DNA from: an uncultured Erysipelotrichaceae bacterium
GTDB lineage: Bacteria > Bacillota_I > Bacilli_A > Erysipelotrichales > Erysipelotrichaceae
Assembly (NCBI GenBank): GCA_947569705.1
Contig: CANOSP010000011.1
Location: forward strand, 485 to 64,484
Length of the DNA: 64,000 nt
Direction: 5' to 3'
The notes under the pieces are model-generated. The model did not search any database, was not told the DNA's origin, and saw only the letters and a program-made list of their open reading frames with translations. A program made the position numbers and the translations under genes. Below are positions 19,573 to 30,864 of this stretch, one piece after another; the stretch's first letter is position 1; every line of letters starts with the position of its first letter.

Positions 19573-20952
19573 TTATTGTGCATGCTTTAAGAATGCTTTA
19601 TATGCATTGGTAGCTTCATAAATATCTGCCTTTGAGGCAATTTCCCACGGAGCGTGCATATTATGAAGCGCAATTCCGCTGTCAATAACATCCATATCGT
19701 ATTGCGCCAAAATATATGCGATTGTGCCGCCGCCGCCTTGATCTACCTTACCAAGCTCTGCGGTTTGGAAATGTACATTTTCTTTCTCCATAATCGCACG
19801 CAGCTGTCCCACATATTCCGCACTTGCATCATTGGATCCTGCTTTACCGCGTGATCCGGTATATTTATTAAAGACAATTCCTTTTCCGAAGTAAGCTGAA
19901 TTATTCTTTTCCATAACACCGGCATAATTAGGATCATAAGCAGCGGATACATCACTTGATAACATTTTACTGTTTTTCAATGCACGACGTACTTTCAACT
20001 CACTGTAATCACCGATACGATCCATAATTTCCGCTACGGTATTCTCAAAGAATTTTGACTGCATTCCGGTTGCCCCGATGCTTCCGACTTCCTCTTTATC
20101 CACAAGTAAGCAAACCGCAGTGCGCTTAATATCGTTTTCTTCCAAAATAGCACGTAGTGAGGTATAAGCACAAATACGATCATCATGACCATATCCCATA
20201 ACCATACTGGAATCCAGCCCGTAATCTCTTGCTTTTCCTGCCGGTACAACCTCTAACTCTGCCGATAAGAAGTCATCTTCTTCCATCTCATAACGCTCTT
20301 TTAAAAGCTTTAGAATATTCGCTTTTACAGCATCTTTTTCAGTGTCAGCCAACGGAATCGATCCTACCGTAAGATTAAGATCTTCACCTTCAATTACATG
20401 TGCAGCGGTTTTGCTCATTTGATCCTTTGCCAAATGGATTAACAGATCGCTGATTCCGACAACCGGATCATTTTCATCTTCACCGATACATACATTAATT
20501 ACACTTCCGTCTTTCTTCGCTACAACACCATGAATTGCCAACGGAATTGTGACCCATTGATAATTCTTAATACCACCGTAATAGTGTGTATCTAATAAAG
20601 CAATTTCATTATCCTCATATAAAGGCACTTGTTTAATATCCAAGCGCGGAGAATCCACATGAGCCCCGAGTATATTCATACCGTTTTCCATCGGTTCTTC
20701 ACCGATATGAAACAGAGCCAATGTTTTTCCCATATTATTCGCAAAAACCTTATCATGTGCCTTAAGCTGTTTTCCTTCCTTGATAATAACCTCAAGATCA
20801 ACGTATCCGCATTGTTTTGCCAAACGAATCGCTTCACTCACACACTCTCTTTCTGTTTTACAATCAGAGATATATTTCTTATAATCATCAGCCAGCGCAA
20901 AGACTTCTTTTTTCTTTGCGTCATCATAGCTATTCCATGCATTTTTACGCAT
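19573..20952 (-). CDS. M18 family aminopeptidase
   Basis: GAHVDSPRLD, GHDDRIC, DKEEVGS, HNMHAPWE. Start set at MRKNAW after AAAGGA (ORF track start 20976). Confidence 0.9.
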   Translation of the reverse strand: MRKNAWNSYDDAKKKEVFALADDYKKYISDCKTERECVSEAIRLAKQCGYVDLEVIIKEGKQLKAHDKVFANNMGKTLALFHIGEEPMENGMNILGAHVDSPRLDIKQVPLYEDNEIALLDTHYYGGIKNYQWVTIPLAIHGVVAKKDGSVINVCIGEDENDPVVGISDLLIHLAKDQMSKTAAHVIEGEDLNLTVGSIPLADTEKDAVKANILKLLKERYEMEEDDFLSAELEVVPAGKARDYGLDSSMVMGYGHDDRICAYTSLRAILEENDIKRTAVCLLVDKEEVGSIGATGMQSKFFENTVAEIMDRIGDYSELKVRRALKNSKMLSSDVSAAYDPNYAGVMEKNNSAYFGKGIVFNKYTGSRGKAGSNDASAEYVGQLRAIMEKENVHFQTAELGKVDQGGGGTIAYILAQYDMDVIDSGIALHNMHAPWEIASKADIYEATNAYKAFLKHAQ

Positions 20953-21109
20953 TTCGCCACATCCTTTCTGCGTCATTAATTATATGCCATATACAGTAAA
21001 AATACAAGGCAGAAGCCGTGAATCCATGAAATACATCGCTCTTATAAAGAAAGAAAAAAACACCCTGTCAGTCAATGTTAGACAACAGAGTGTTAATTTT
21101 CTGAAAATC

Positions 21110-22129
21110 TTATGCTAATTCAGAGAAGTATTTAATTGTACGAACCATCTGGCTTGTATAAGAGTTTTCGTTATCATACCAAGATACAACCTGTACCTGA
21201 GTATTTCCGTCTTCCATTTCGATTGCCATTGTCTGAGTCGCATCGAATAAAGAACCGTAACGCATACCGATAATATCGCTTGATACGATTTCATCAGTGT
21301 TGTAACCGAATGATTCGGTAGCTGCTGCTTTCATAGCTGCATTTACATCATCAACGCTTACTTTACCCTTTACTACAGCTACTAAAATTGTAGTTGATCC
21401 TGTAGGAGTAGGCACACGCTGTGCAGAACCGATTAATTTACCGTTCAATTCAGGAATAACCAAACCGATTGCTTTGGCAGCACCTGTAGAGTTAGGAACG
21501 ATATTTACTGCAGCTGCACGAGAACGACGTAAGTCACCTTTACGCTGAGGTCCGTCTAATGTCATCTGATCACCTGTATAAGCATGGACAGTTGTCATGA
21601 TACCGCTCTGGATCGGTGCTAAATCATTTAATGCTTTAGCCATCGGAGCCAAGCAGTTTGTTGTACAAGAAGCCGCAGAAATCACTGTATCTTCAGGTTT
21701 CAATGTTTCATGGTTTACATTATAAACAACTGTCGGTAAATCTTTTCCTGCCGGTGCAGAAATAACAACTTTACGAGCACCTGCTTCAATATGTGCAGAA
21801 GCTTTTTCTTTAGATGTATAGAAACCTGTACATTCTAATACAACATCTACGCCTAATTTTCCCCATGGAAGATTTTTAGCATCTGCTTCAGCGTAGATGG
21901 TAATTTCCTTACCATCAACCGTAATTGAATTTTCACCTGCTACAACTGAATCTGCTTTTTCGTATCTTCCCTGAGAAGAATCGTATTTTAATAAGTGTGC
22001 AAGCATTTTAGGACTTGTTAAGTCATTGATCGCAACAACCTCATATCCCTCTGCACCAAACATCTGTCTGAACGCTAAACGTCCGATGCGTCCAAAACCA
22101 TTAATCGCAACTTTTACTGTCATCTTCAA
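21110..22129 (-). CDS. gap: Type I glyceraldehyde-3-phosphate dehydrogenase
   Basis: [23 protein letters not shown]. Confidence 0.98.
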   Translation of the reverse strand: MKMTVKVAINGFGRIGRLAFRQMFGAEGYEVVAINDLTSPKMLAHLLKYDSSQGRYEKADSVVAGENSITVDGKEITIYAEADAKNLPWGKLGVDVVLECTGFYTSKEKASAHIEAGARKVVISAPAGKDLPTVVYNVNHETLKPEDTVISAASCTTNCLAPMAKALNDLAPIQSGIMTTVHAYTGDQMTLDGPQRKGDLRRSRAAAVNIVPNSTGAAKAIGLVIPELNGKLIGSAQRVPTPTGSTTILVAVVKGKVSVDDVNAAMKAAATESFGYNTDEIVSSDIIGMRYGSLFDATQTMAIEMEDGNTQVQVVSWYDNENSYTSQMVRTIKYFSELA

Positions 22130-22430
22130 AGTCCTCCTTTTTTCATCTTATATTATAAAGTTTTCCCATAAAAAAGTCAATTATGAGAGATTCACTTTGC
22201 ATATTTTTTCCATAAGCAGTCTTACTATGAAACAATAAGATAAAACTTCATTGATGCAGTTGAAAATTCTTTTTACTGTCACTTGCTTAACGGCTGATTA
22301 TTTTGCATAAAACAGCGATAAATGACGAACGATTCGCTTATAAAATAAAGTTTTAGGGTTTCCTATCACATATTCTGCACATTGGTTATGAAATCAGGTA
22401 TTCGGAGCATAATCATATTGTGAAAAAGGA

Positions 22431-23009
22431 GTGATACCTATGGTGATAGTCCCAACTATTATTGAACGTAATGCCAGTGTTGAAAGAGTTTATGATTTAT
22501 ATTCCTGCTTGTTAAAAGAGCGTATTATTATTTTAACCGGAGAAATTGATGACACGATGTCCTCAAGTATTTGTGCACAATTGTTATACTTAGCCTCTAC
22601 AAGCTCAGATCCGATATTAATGTATATCAATTCTCCCGGCGGCAGTGTCAGTGCCGGTTTAGCAATTTTAGATACGATGAATTATGTACAATGTGAAGTA
22701 TCTACAATTTGTATGGGAATGTGTGCCAGTATGGCAGCTGTACTGTTAAGCGCCGGTGCGAAAGGAAAACGCTGCTCTCTTTCCAATGCCGAAGTGATGA
22801 TCCATCAGCCGCTGGGCGGTATGCAGGGACAGGCAAAGGATATGGAAATTGCCGCTAACCATATAATTAAAATGAAAGATCGCCTGAATCATATTTTGGC
22901 AGAGAACTGTGGAAAATCAGCTTCGGAAATTGCCGACGCATGTGATCGTGATAATTATATGAATGCCGAAGAAGCCGTGTCTTTCGGTATCATTGATAAA
23001 ATTATATAA
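22431..23009 (+). CDS. clpP: ATP-dependent Clp protease proteolytic subunit
   Basis: YINSPGGSV, ASMAAVLL (Ser), MIHQP (His), RDNYM (Asp). Confidence 0.93.
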   Translation: MIPMVIVPTIIERNASVERVYDLYSCLLKERIIILTGEIDDTMSSSICAQLLYLASTSSDPILMYINSPGGSVSAGLAILDTMNYVQCEVSTICMGMCASMAAVLLSAGAKGKRCSLSNAEVMIHQPLGGMQGQAKDMEIAANHIIKMKDRLNHILAENCGKSASEIADACDRDNYMNAEEAVSFGIIDKII

Positions 23010-23173
23010 TCTCTTAAGGTCTCTTTGACCTTATATACATAGCTTGGACACATTTATTAATATCTTGAGAACTAATGTTTATAGATTTGCTTATAATCAG
23101 TTAGTGGTTAAACAAAAAAAACGATTAATAACATGATACATTATCAATCGCTTCCGTATTTTAAATCATCCGT

Positions 23174-23866
23174 TTATCTTTTTCTTCGCGGCCTTTCCGG
23201 CATCTGATAACCCATTTCTTTTAATGCGTCCAGTTCCTTTAGAACTTCAATACGATAAATATCACGCTTTTGCAATATATCTTTTGCCGCATCAAACCAC
23301 TGTAATGCTTCTTCATATGCTTCCAAACGCTTTTTTTGAACAGCTACCAAGTAAGCACAAGTGCCTAAAGGAAAACCATAGTAATCCTTATTATCCATTG
23401 CCGCAATGATTTCATCACAAAGATCATTCTGATCATTTAATAATACATCACGGGTCCAGTCGCAATAGCGAATCAACTTCGCATTTTCGCATTGATGAAT
23501 GCGATTCAGAATTTCAAGCGCCATATCGTTGTTGCCCTGATGAATAAAAGTATGATAATACAACGCTAAATATTGTTCATCGTTTGCTTTTTCATATCTT
23601 TTCTTCATCATTTCCCGTAAATGCGCAGTCAATGCGGCTTCATCTTTCGCTAAATAATATACACGAGCTTGGTATAAATCTCGTAAATATTCATTAAGTA
23701 ATCGCATTGCCTGCGGCTTGTTCAACAGCATCTGAACCTTTTCAAAATCAGCTTGCTTTAATGCTTTATTTAACTTATTTAAATAACTGCTTCGAAGTAA
23801 CAAAAATAACACTCCGCATAGGAATAAGGCAACGATGATGATAATCGTTATTTGGTTCACAAGCAT
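23174..23866 (-). CDS. Hypothetical protein with N-terminal TM anchor and helical, TPR-like body
   Basis: 230 aa ORF with a hydrophobic N-terminus, downstream of the PTS IID gene. Confidence 0.7.
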   Translation of the reverse strand: MLVNQITIIIIVALFLCGVLFLLLRSSYLNKLNKALKQADFEKVQMLLNKPQAMRLLNEYLRDLYQARVYYLAKDEAALTAHLREMMKKRYEKANDEQYLALYYHTFIHQGNNDMALEILNRIHQCENAKLIRYCDWTRDVLLNDQNDLCDEIIAAMDNKDYYGFPLGTCAYLVAVQKKRLEAYEEALQWFDAAKDILQKRDIYRIEVLKELDALKEMGYQMPERPRRKR

Positions 23867-23976
23867 TCCACCTATCTATTCATAGCTTATATTAAGGAAA
23901 AGCGCTGCTGCTTCCACAACAACGCTTTATTATTCAGAAAGATGATAGAGAGAAAATCATCTATTGTCCGTGTATC

Positions 23977-24882
23977 TTATTTAATGACATTCCAAGGTAC
24001 CGGTACAAGCGGAGTATATTCGCCTGCCCAAATACCGAAGATTGCACCTACAATACCGATAACCAAGAATAAGCCGATCAGCTTAACAGGAGTGAATCCT
24101 TTTTTCTTGATTAAGAAGTAGCACATTAATGTGAACAGTAACGGAATTAAGCAAGGAACGATTTTATCCAAGTATTCCTGGATGTTGATGAATACATCAA
24201 CCATAGTTCCGTCTTCTGCGGCAGTCTGTCCGTTAGGGATAGAGATACCGAGTTTTGTACCGCCACCGTAGTTAGCGATCAATGCACCAATGATGAATAC
24301 ACCTAATACAGATGCTGCATGAGTAAATTCTTTAGCGTAAGAAGTCATCATTCCTACAGCCTTAGTACCCATGTTGTAAGACCAGTACATCAAACCGTAA
24401 CGAAGTGCCATTTCAGCACCGAATGCGATAATGAAGTAAAGAATCGGTCCTAAGATGCTGCCGTCGATTGCCATGTTAGCTGTCATACCGGCAGTGATTG
24501 GAATTAATGTCATCCAGAATAATGCATCACCGATACCACCCAACGGAGCGGCAGTGGAGATACGTACGGAACGAATTGTCGGGATATCCAACTTCTGCTG
24601 TTCCATAGATAAGATCATACCCATAACGAATGTTACGGCGAATGGGTGAGTGTTTAAGAAGTCCATGTTATGAGTCATGGATGCTGCTAAGTCTTCTTTG
24701 TTTGTATGAATTTTCTGAAGACCAGGCAAGATTGACCATAACCAACCTGCAGCCTGCATACGCTCATAGTTGAACGCTGCCTGTAACTGGCAAGAACGCC
24801 AAACCATTTTATTTAAGGTTTTATTGTCAAGTCTAGCGGCAGGCGTAGTATCTTTATAGTTTAACAATTCATTAGATGCCAT
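23977..24882 (-). CDS. PTS mannose/GalNAc-family IID (AgaD/E-like)
   Basis: FNYERMQ, FLNTHPF, APLGGIGD. Confidence 0.92.
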   Translation of the reverse strand: MASNELLNYKDTTPAARLDNKTLNKMVWRSCQLQAAFNYERMQAAGWLWSILPGLQKIHTNKEDLAASMTHNMDFLNTHPFAVTFVMGMILSMEQQKLDIPTIRSVRISTAAPLGGIGDALFWMTLIPITAGMTANMAIDGSILGPILYFIIAFGAEMALRYGLMYWSYNMGTKAVGMMTSYAKEFTHAASVLGVFIIGALIANYGGGTKLGISIPNGQTAAEDGTMVDVFINIQEYLDKIVPCLIPLLFTLMCYFLIKKKGFTPVKLIGLFLVIGIVGAIFGIWAGEYTPLVPVPWNVIK

Positions 24883-25669
24883 CGCTCATACCTCCGTTTC
24901 CTGCATTTTTAGTCAATGAGCTTGTCTTGAAGTCCATCAATGCTAACATAATACCGATAAATGCAACCAAGATCAATGCTGCAGATGCAGTTGCAGCGAT
25001 GTTACCGAATACTAATGCAAGTGCAAAACCTGCAAGCAGGTAGCCCCACATATCGTTTGCGAACATAATTTTCAATAAGATACCGAAACCTACGAAACGC
25101 ATCATAGCACCGGCAGCGGATAAACCACCCATCAACCAGCTTGCATTATCGCTCAAGCTCTGCAGTGTTTCAGACATAGCTGTACCACCTACATAAGCAA
25201 GAACAGTGATAACTGCAAATAAAGAACCTAAGATTAACATAGAAATGTTCAATACATTAGTAATTCCTTTAGGGTTAGCTTCCTCAGCTGCTTTATCAGC
25301 CTTAGCCATTAAACCTGACATGATTGTAAATGTCAAAGTAACTACATACTGACCGAAAGTAGCGAAGATCATACAAGCACCAAGTGCAGCGTTTGTATCC
25401 ATGTTTGCTTTAACAGCGAAGATCATGGCAACGATACCACCAAGCACGGCGTTAGGTGGCTGAGCACCACCGACAGGCATGTTACCGATCATCATCAGCT
25501 CATAAGTACCACCAACAACTAAGCCGGTTTCCATATCGCCTAATACCAAACCGATAATAGGACAAGCAATGATAGGACGGTAAACAATTTCTGTTAATGA
25601 GAACTGGTCAATCGCGAAGAAGAATGTAAGGATTGCCAGTAACACACATTCAACAATATTGAAATCCAT
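24872..25669 (-). CDS. PTS mannose/GalNAc-family IIC (AgaC/W-like)
   Basis: RPIIACPIIGLVLGD, GNMPVGGAQPPN. Confidence 0.92.
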   Translation of the reverse strand: MDFNIVECVLLAILTFFFAIDQFSLTEIVYRPIIACPIIGLVLGDMETGLVVGGTYELMMIGNMPVGGAQPPNAVLGGIVAMIFAVKANMDTNAALGACMIFATFGQYVVTLTFTIMSGLMAKADKAAEEANPKGITNVLNISMLILGSLFAVITVLAYVGGTAMSETLQSLSDNASWLMGGLSAAGAMMRFVGFGILLKIMFANDMWGYLLAGFALALVFGNIAATASAALILVAFIGIMLALMDFKTSSLTKNAGNGGMSDGI

Positions 25670-25706
25670 AAATTTGTTTCTCCTTTCCTAAGAATAAATT
25701 TTGATA

Positions 25707-26183
25707 TTACTTAAACAATTTGTCTACAGGTTCTGCTGCAATATCCGGAACACGTCTGATTTCCAGCTCTACACCGAGATCCTGCAATTTTTTGAAACAT
25801 GCGACATCGTCGTCATTTACCGCAACACTTGTTGCAACCTGACGTTTTCCCTCTGCCATATGCATATTTCCGATATTGACTTTTTTAATTGGTACTCCGC
25901 CTTCAACAAGACGCAATACATCTTGCGGGCAGTCGCAAATAATTGCAATGTGCTGCTGTGGGGAAGCCTTGCTGATAATTGCACAAGTTTTCTCAATTGA
26001 GAAAAAACGTGTTTGTGCATAAGCAGGTGCTGCCATGTTCATCAAACCTTGGCGCATTTCATTCACCGCAACATCGTCATTAGCTACTAATAATAAATTA
26101 GCACCAACAGAACCGCACCACTGCGTTGCTACCTGACCGTGAATCAGACGAGCATCAATTCTTGTTAAAACAATATCTGGCAT
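25707..26183 (-). CDS. PTS mannose/GalNAc-family IIB (AgaB/V-like)
   Basis: RIDARLIHGQVA with the phospho-His; VNIGNMH. Confidence 0.93.
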   Translation of the reverse strand: MPDIVLTRIDARLIHGQVATQWCGSVGANLLLVANDDVAVNEMRQGLMNMAAPAYAQTRFFSIEKTCAIISKASPQQHIAIICDCPQDVLRLVEGGVPIKKVNIGNMHMAEGKRQVATSVAVNDDDVACFKKLQDLGVELEIRRVPDIAAEPVDKLFK

Positions 26184-26286
26184 TTCTCTCTCTCCTTTCT
26201 GCCGTAAATGAACTTAGATTGTGAGTCGCCCCATACGTAACCCCTTTCAGTTCATTGCTATTCTATGACAAAATTTTCTGATTTTC

Positions 26287-26320
26287 TTTGCACTTTTTAC
26301 GATTTCATTTGCACTTTTTA
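26287..26320 (-). promoter_or_regulatory. Putative AraC-family binding site upstream of the IIB-IIC-IID operon
   Basis: Direct repeat TTTGCACTTTTTA (+ strand) at 26287 and 26308, period 21 bp, next to a likely -35 upstream of TAGAAT; adjacent to the AraC gene. Confidence 0.55.
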
Positions 26321-26665
26321 GTATATTCGCCTATTTTTATTTTGCAAAATTTGTACTAAATCAATTATATACCAATAATAGCAAAAATTATACATGAAGA
26401 AAATTAATAAGCTGAAATGTGATAAACAACGCTGTTTTTGAATGAATTTTCCGCATGATTTCACATTATAAATTAAGAAATAAACTGCCATTCTATCTTA
26501 CCCGTTCTGATTATAAGAAAGACTACAATTCATTATAATAAAACATTTGCATTTTCTTTGTACTTTGCATATAATAAAGCTAACATTGTTAAGACAGAAA
26601 TGAACAATTCAAAAAACTAAAATCATAAGTTTCTTAATCTATAACTATTAAAAAGAGGTGAAAGT

Positions 26666-27838
26666 ATGTTCAATAAAACAACAAGCTACATATTCTCTCG
26701 TTATGGTGAAATTATCAGTGATCTTACAAAGAAGCAGTCATCAAAACTAAGCAATACCACCTTTAGAATCAAAGACAAAAGTATTGACAGCTTCCTTATA
26801 TATAATCAAGATGCATATGTAAAGGTATCCTCCGGAATCGTCATGCTTGTTGTATCCGTCGACGAAGACGGTAAAGAATATGAGAAATTCGTAATTCATC
26901 GTGTCATAAAAATAAAGGCAGGTGTTAAGTTCAACTTTATCGCTATTTCGTCCAACGCCAGAATTGAATTATCGTGTGATAGCAAGACTAAAAAAGTTAC
27001 TGTTCCGCTGAAGCAAAAGCATCCTATTGAATATGAACCACTGATTCAAGCCTTTCAAATAAAAGAAATATATGCTTACTATTATCAAGTGCGCAATACA
27101 AATTACACATTTCCGGGCGAAAAACACAACTATTGGGAATTGACTTTTATCGATAACGGTGCCTTGCAAACAACAGTTGATGATGAAGAATATCAACTGA
27201 ATGAGATGGATCTGATTCTCTATGCCCCTGATCAATATCATACACAAAGTAATCATGCCGATCAATCATGTTCTTATTTAACGATTTTATTCGATATGGA
27301 TCTTAAAGATGAGTTTCTGATAACAAATCGCGTTTATCATGCACATCGAGAAATTCATCGCGCATTGAATGACTTTATCAAGGTTTCCAATAACGGAATG
27401 CTGTATGATAATGAATTAATGCTGTGTTACTTAAAAGAATTAATTATCAGAGTTCTGCAATACGACTTCTTAGATTCCTCACCGGTAGCTTCCAGTCCGA
27501 TGCAGCAGAAGTTTGAAAATGAATTGCTGAATGAAATCATCATTTTTATAAATGATAAAATTTATGAATCAATCACGATTGAAGACATTTGTGTAAAATT
27601 CTCGATTTCACGCTCCAGTCTGCAAACATTGTTTAAAAATAACCTTAATATAGCACCAAAACAGTATATCAGCAATTTAAAGCTGGCAAAAAGCAAGCTG
27701 CTGATTAAAGAAAGCATCTATACAATCAGTGAAATTTCTTCCATGCTCGGTTTTACAAGTATTCACTATTTCTCACGTAAATTCAAGCAGGTATTCGGCA
27801 TTACTCCGAGTGATTATGCCAAAACTATTTATAACTAG
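26666..27838 (+). CDS. AraC family regulator with tandem N-terminal cupin-like domains
   Basis: C-terminal double HTH (ITIEDICVKFSISRSSLQTLFK..TISEISSMLGFTSIHYFSRKFK). Confidence 0.92.
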   Translation: MFNKTTSYIFSRYGEIISDLTKKQSSKLSNTTFRIKDKSIDSFLIYNQDAYVKVSSGIVMLVVSVDEDGKEYEKFVIHRVIKIKAGVKFNFIAISSNARIELSCDSKTKKVTVPLKQKHPIEYEPLIQAFQIKEIYAYYYQVRNTNYTFPGEKHNYWELTFIDNGALQTTVDDEEYQLNEMDLILYAPDQYHTQSNHADQSCSYLTILFDMDLKDEFLITNRVYHAHREIHRALNDFIKVSNNGMLYDNELMLCYLKELIIRVLQYDFLDSSPVASSPMQQKFENELLNEIIIFINDKIYESITIEDICVKFSISRSSLQTLFKNNLNIAPKQYISNLKLAKSKLLIKESIYTISEISSMLGFTSIHYFSRKFKQVFGITPSDYAKTIYN

Positions 27839-27841
27839 GCG

Positions 27842-27877
27842 AAAGACAAGCTCTGTATAACAAAGCTTGTCTTTTTT
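27842..27877 (+). terminator. Terminator after the AraC gene
   Basis: AAAGACAAGCT..AGCTTGTCTTTTTT. Confidence 0.7.
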
Positions 27878-28045
27878 CATCACTGCTTGCTTTGACAAAT
27901 TTTATGAAGAAGATACTGTTTAAATAACAATGTTTTACTAAAAGTATACTGACTAGATATGAAAACAGTGTGAATCACATATAATAATTAAAAAAGACAG
28001 ATTCTGACATCATATACATGACGCTTCTTCTGTCTTTATTTACAT

Positions 28046-28327
28046 TTAGTCAACTAAAGCTGAAACCGCAAAACGGTTCACTTCCATAACTACACCTTTG
28101 GCAACTTCAACTTTCAGAAATTCACCGTCGATGCTTACAATTTTTCCTACAATGCCTGCAAACATTACCTTTTTACCGACTTTAATGCCTTCGGTCAGCG
28201 TTATGATTTCTTGACGTTTTCTTTTCATCATTCGTGCTGACATAAAATAGTAGATCAATGCAAATATTACAATTAATGTAGTAATCGTAATACAGCACCA
28301 TAGGATTACATTCCAATCAATAGTCAT
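28046..28327 (-). CDS. YajC-like small membrane protein in the PTS operon
   Basis: N-terminal TM, GIKVGKKVMFAGIVGKIVSIDG..VEVAKGV. Confidence 0.8.
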   Translation of the reverse strand: MTIDWNVILWCCITITTLIVIFALIYYFMSARMMKRKRQEIITLTEGIKVGKKVMFAGIVGKIVSIDGEFLKVEVAKGVVMEVNRFAVSALVD

Positions 28328-28341
28328 TAGTGGTTACCTTT

Positions 28342-28770
28342 CTAAATGCCGTCTTCGCTTGTTTCTTGAACAACCGGTTTAAATTCATAACGCAGAATTT
28401 GATCTTTACCTGTGTTTACGGCAGCTTCAGCCAAATCCTTCGCTGTCGCATCCGTCATGAATTTACGTGTCATGGAAATTTCCACAAGCATCGGCAAGTT
28501 GCTGCCGCCGACAACCTCAACATTACCTCTCGGGAAGCCGACTTCAACTGCTGTCTTAAACGGAGATCCGCCGACCAAATCAGATAATACCAAGATACCT
28601 TCGCAGTCTTTTAAAGCATCCATTGCTTTATTCAAATCATCACGAAGCTCATCTACTTCTTTTGTAAAATCTACATACTGATAATTTTCCTGTTCTCCTG
28701 CAATTAAATTCAAAGAACTGGTTAATCCGGAACCAAAGTTTCCGTGTCCTGTAACGATTAATCCGATCAT
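28342..28770 (-). CDS. PTS mannose/GalNAc-family IIA (AgaF-like)
   Basis: GLIVTGHGNFG, LVLSDLVGGSPF, GSNLPML. Confidence 0.92.
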   Translation of the reverse strand: MIGLIVTGHGNFGSGLTSSLNLIAGEQENYQYVDFTKEVDELRDDLNKAMDALKDCEGILVLSDLVGGSPFKTAVEVGFPRGNVEVVGGSNLPMLVEISMTRKFMTDATAKDLAEAAVNTGKDQILRYEFKPVVQETSEDGI

Positions 28771-28820
28771 CTTCTTTTTCTCCTTTTCAAATATATATTG
28801 TAATTGTTAATTAATAAGAA

Positions 28821-30038
28821 TTATGCTTCTTTCTTATAAGGATATAAGATAACGCCTTTTACAACGCGGTTTACCTCACCTGTAGGGCATGGATTATCCG
28901 GTGTAATGTCATAAGACAATGATTTAAACAACGCTAAAGTTTGAGCAAACAGAATGTATTCAAATGCCAAATACATATTGTCATGATCTTCCTTATTATC
29001 AAATACAAATAAGTAATCAGCCAAACCTTCCAATTCAGGATATGCATGTGCGGCAATAATCGCAATTTTATTTCCTTTACGCTGTCCGCTCATTTCTTTC
29101 AATAAATCCACTTCATACTGGCGAGAATAAGCATTGTCAGAAATATAAACAACAGTCAATGTATTATCATCAATAATAGATTTAGGTCCGTGACGGAAAC
29201 CTAACGGTGTATCATACATTGTACAAACTTTACCGGCAGTCAACTCTAACATTTTCAATGCTGATTCCTGAGCCATACCTTTCAATGCATTTGCACCTAA
29301 ATAAACGATACGGTTGAAATTATATTCATCGGCAATTTTCTTGCAGAAATCCCAGCTGTCAGCCAAAAATGCTTCCGAACGCTCAATAATATCGCCCAAT
29401 TCAGCTGCTGCTTCATCAATACGATCCAATGAGAAGCAAAGCAATGTTGCTAACATCATATTAGAATATGAAGAAGTCATTGCGAAGCTTTGATCATGCG
29501 TTTCATCAGTTAGATTGATCGCATAAGCGTTGCTTCTTGTTTCCGCTGCTTTTGATAAAGCACCGTTTTTGTTGCATGTAACAAACAAATGATACAGGTT
29601 ATCGCCGCATACCTCATCAGCTACATCTACCGCACCTACGGATTCCGGAGAATTTCCGCTGCGTCCAAAAGAGATCAACAAGGTTGGCTTTGTTTGAGAT
29701 AAATAGTTTTCCGGAGTTGCCACCAAATCAGTAGTTCCGTAAGATTTTGCCTTAAAGTTTGTTACCTTATTTAAATAGGAGAACAAAGCATTTCCGACAA
29801 ATTCACTTGTTCCGGCACCGGTTAAGATGATGTCATAATCATCATTATCAACCACATTCGCAATAAAAGCCTTTAAATCATTCTTTTGCTCTTTGATCTG
29901 CGCAATGGTCTTTTTCCATGTTGCAGGCTGCTGGTTAATTTCCGTAGCGGTAAATACGCCCTTAAGATTTTCCCATTCTGCTTTTTCTTTTCCAAAAATC
30001 ATGTTCCTTATCTCCTTTTCTATGGACTTCATATCCAT
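28821..30038 (-). CDS. agaS: AgaS-like double-SIS sugar-phosphate isomerase/deaminase
   Basis: TATEINQQP, LTGAGTSEFVG, SFGRSGNSPES, FAMTSS, GFRHGPKS, NPCPTGEVNRVVKGV. Confidence 0.88.
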   Translation of the reverse strand: MDMKSIEKEIRNMIFGKEKAEWENLKGVFTATEINQQPATWKKTIAQIKEQKNDLKAFIANVVDNDDYDIILTGAGTSEFVGNALFSYLNKVTNFKAKSYGTTDLVATPENYLSQTKPTLLISFGRSGNSPESVGAVDVADEVCGDNLYHLFVTCNKNGALSKAAETRSNAYAINLTDETHDQSFAMTSSYSNMMLATLLCFSLDRIDEAAAELGDIIERSEAFLADSWDFCKKIADEYNFNRIVYLGANALKGMAQESALKMLELTAGKVCTMYDTPLGFRHGPKSIIDDNTLTVVYISDNAYSRQYEVDLLKEMSGQRKGNKIAIIAAHAYPELEGLADYLFVFDNKEDHDNMYLAFEYILFAQTLALFKSLSYDITPDNPCPTGEVNRVVKGVILYPYKKEA

Positions 30039-30182
30039 TTTTTTACACGTTCATAATATCATAAGTTGCTAAAAAAAACAATGTCACAAAGCAATCTTGT
30101 TAATTAGTGCAAATATTTTAGTAATAAATCTACTTATTTTCCTAGACGGATAGCACAAATCCATATATAATTAAGGACAGAG

Positions 30183-30788
30183 GTGAAAACAATGGCAAAT
30201 AAAAGCTATCAGTACAATACAGACAGTGTGTCGGGCATCCATATTTATGAGGATGAAAAGGGCAGAAAAATTTATTACCAGCCCCGTAAAATGAGAGGGT
30301 ATGTCATCCAGGATGAGAATGTGAAGTCCTATCAAATTTATGCAAATCGCTTTATGATTCCGGTCTTAGCAGGATTAATTGCTTATATCGCATTGGGGGA
30401 CAGCGGTCTTCCGATTTATGTATGCGTACTTTTAGGAATCTTTGTGTTTGTGATTCTGCAATATCGTTTCCATAAAGTATTTTTGCCGGCACTCATTCAG
30501 CTGCAGCGATATATTCCGAGCAGTAAGCCGAGCATGACCGCGTCAATGGCAGAACAGGAAGGCTGGCGCTTATTAAGCAAGGCTGTTTTATATCCGGTGT
30601 TTGGTGCTTTAGTTATCGTTTTGTTTTATCAGCGTATGGGTGAGGCAGTGACAATGGATGCGAAAACGATCCTGCTGTTAAGCTTCGGCGGATTGATTTT
30701 GATTTTGAGCATTATCTACGGAATCTTTAATCTCAGAGCATTTCTGTATCGCCGCTCTCACAGCGCTCAATTAACGAAAACCAAATAG
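30183..30788 (+). CDS. Hypothetical membrane protein (about 4 TM)
   Basis: RBS GAGGT, several hydrophobic segments. Confidence 0.7.
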   Translation: MKTMANKSYQYNTDSVSGIHIYEDEKGRKIYYQPRKMRGYVIQDENVKSYQIYANRFMIPVLAGLIAYIALGDSGLPIYVCVLLGIFVFVILQYRFHKVFLPALIQLQRYIPSSKPSMTASMAEQEGWRLLSKAVLYPVFGALVIVLFYQRMGEAVTMDAKTILLLSFGGLILILSIIYGIFNLRAFLYRRSHSAQLTKTK

Positions 30789-30864
30789 CGAAAAGATTGA
30801 CCTTAGAAATTAAAATCAGTTATACTAAAACACTGTGCCGCAAAAGACACAGTGTTTTCATTTC

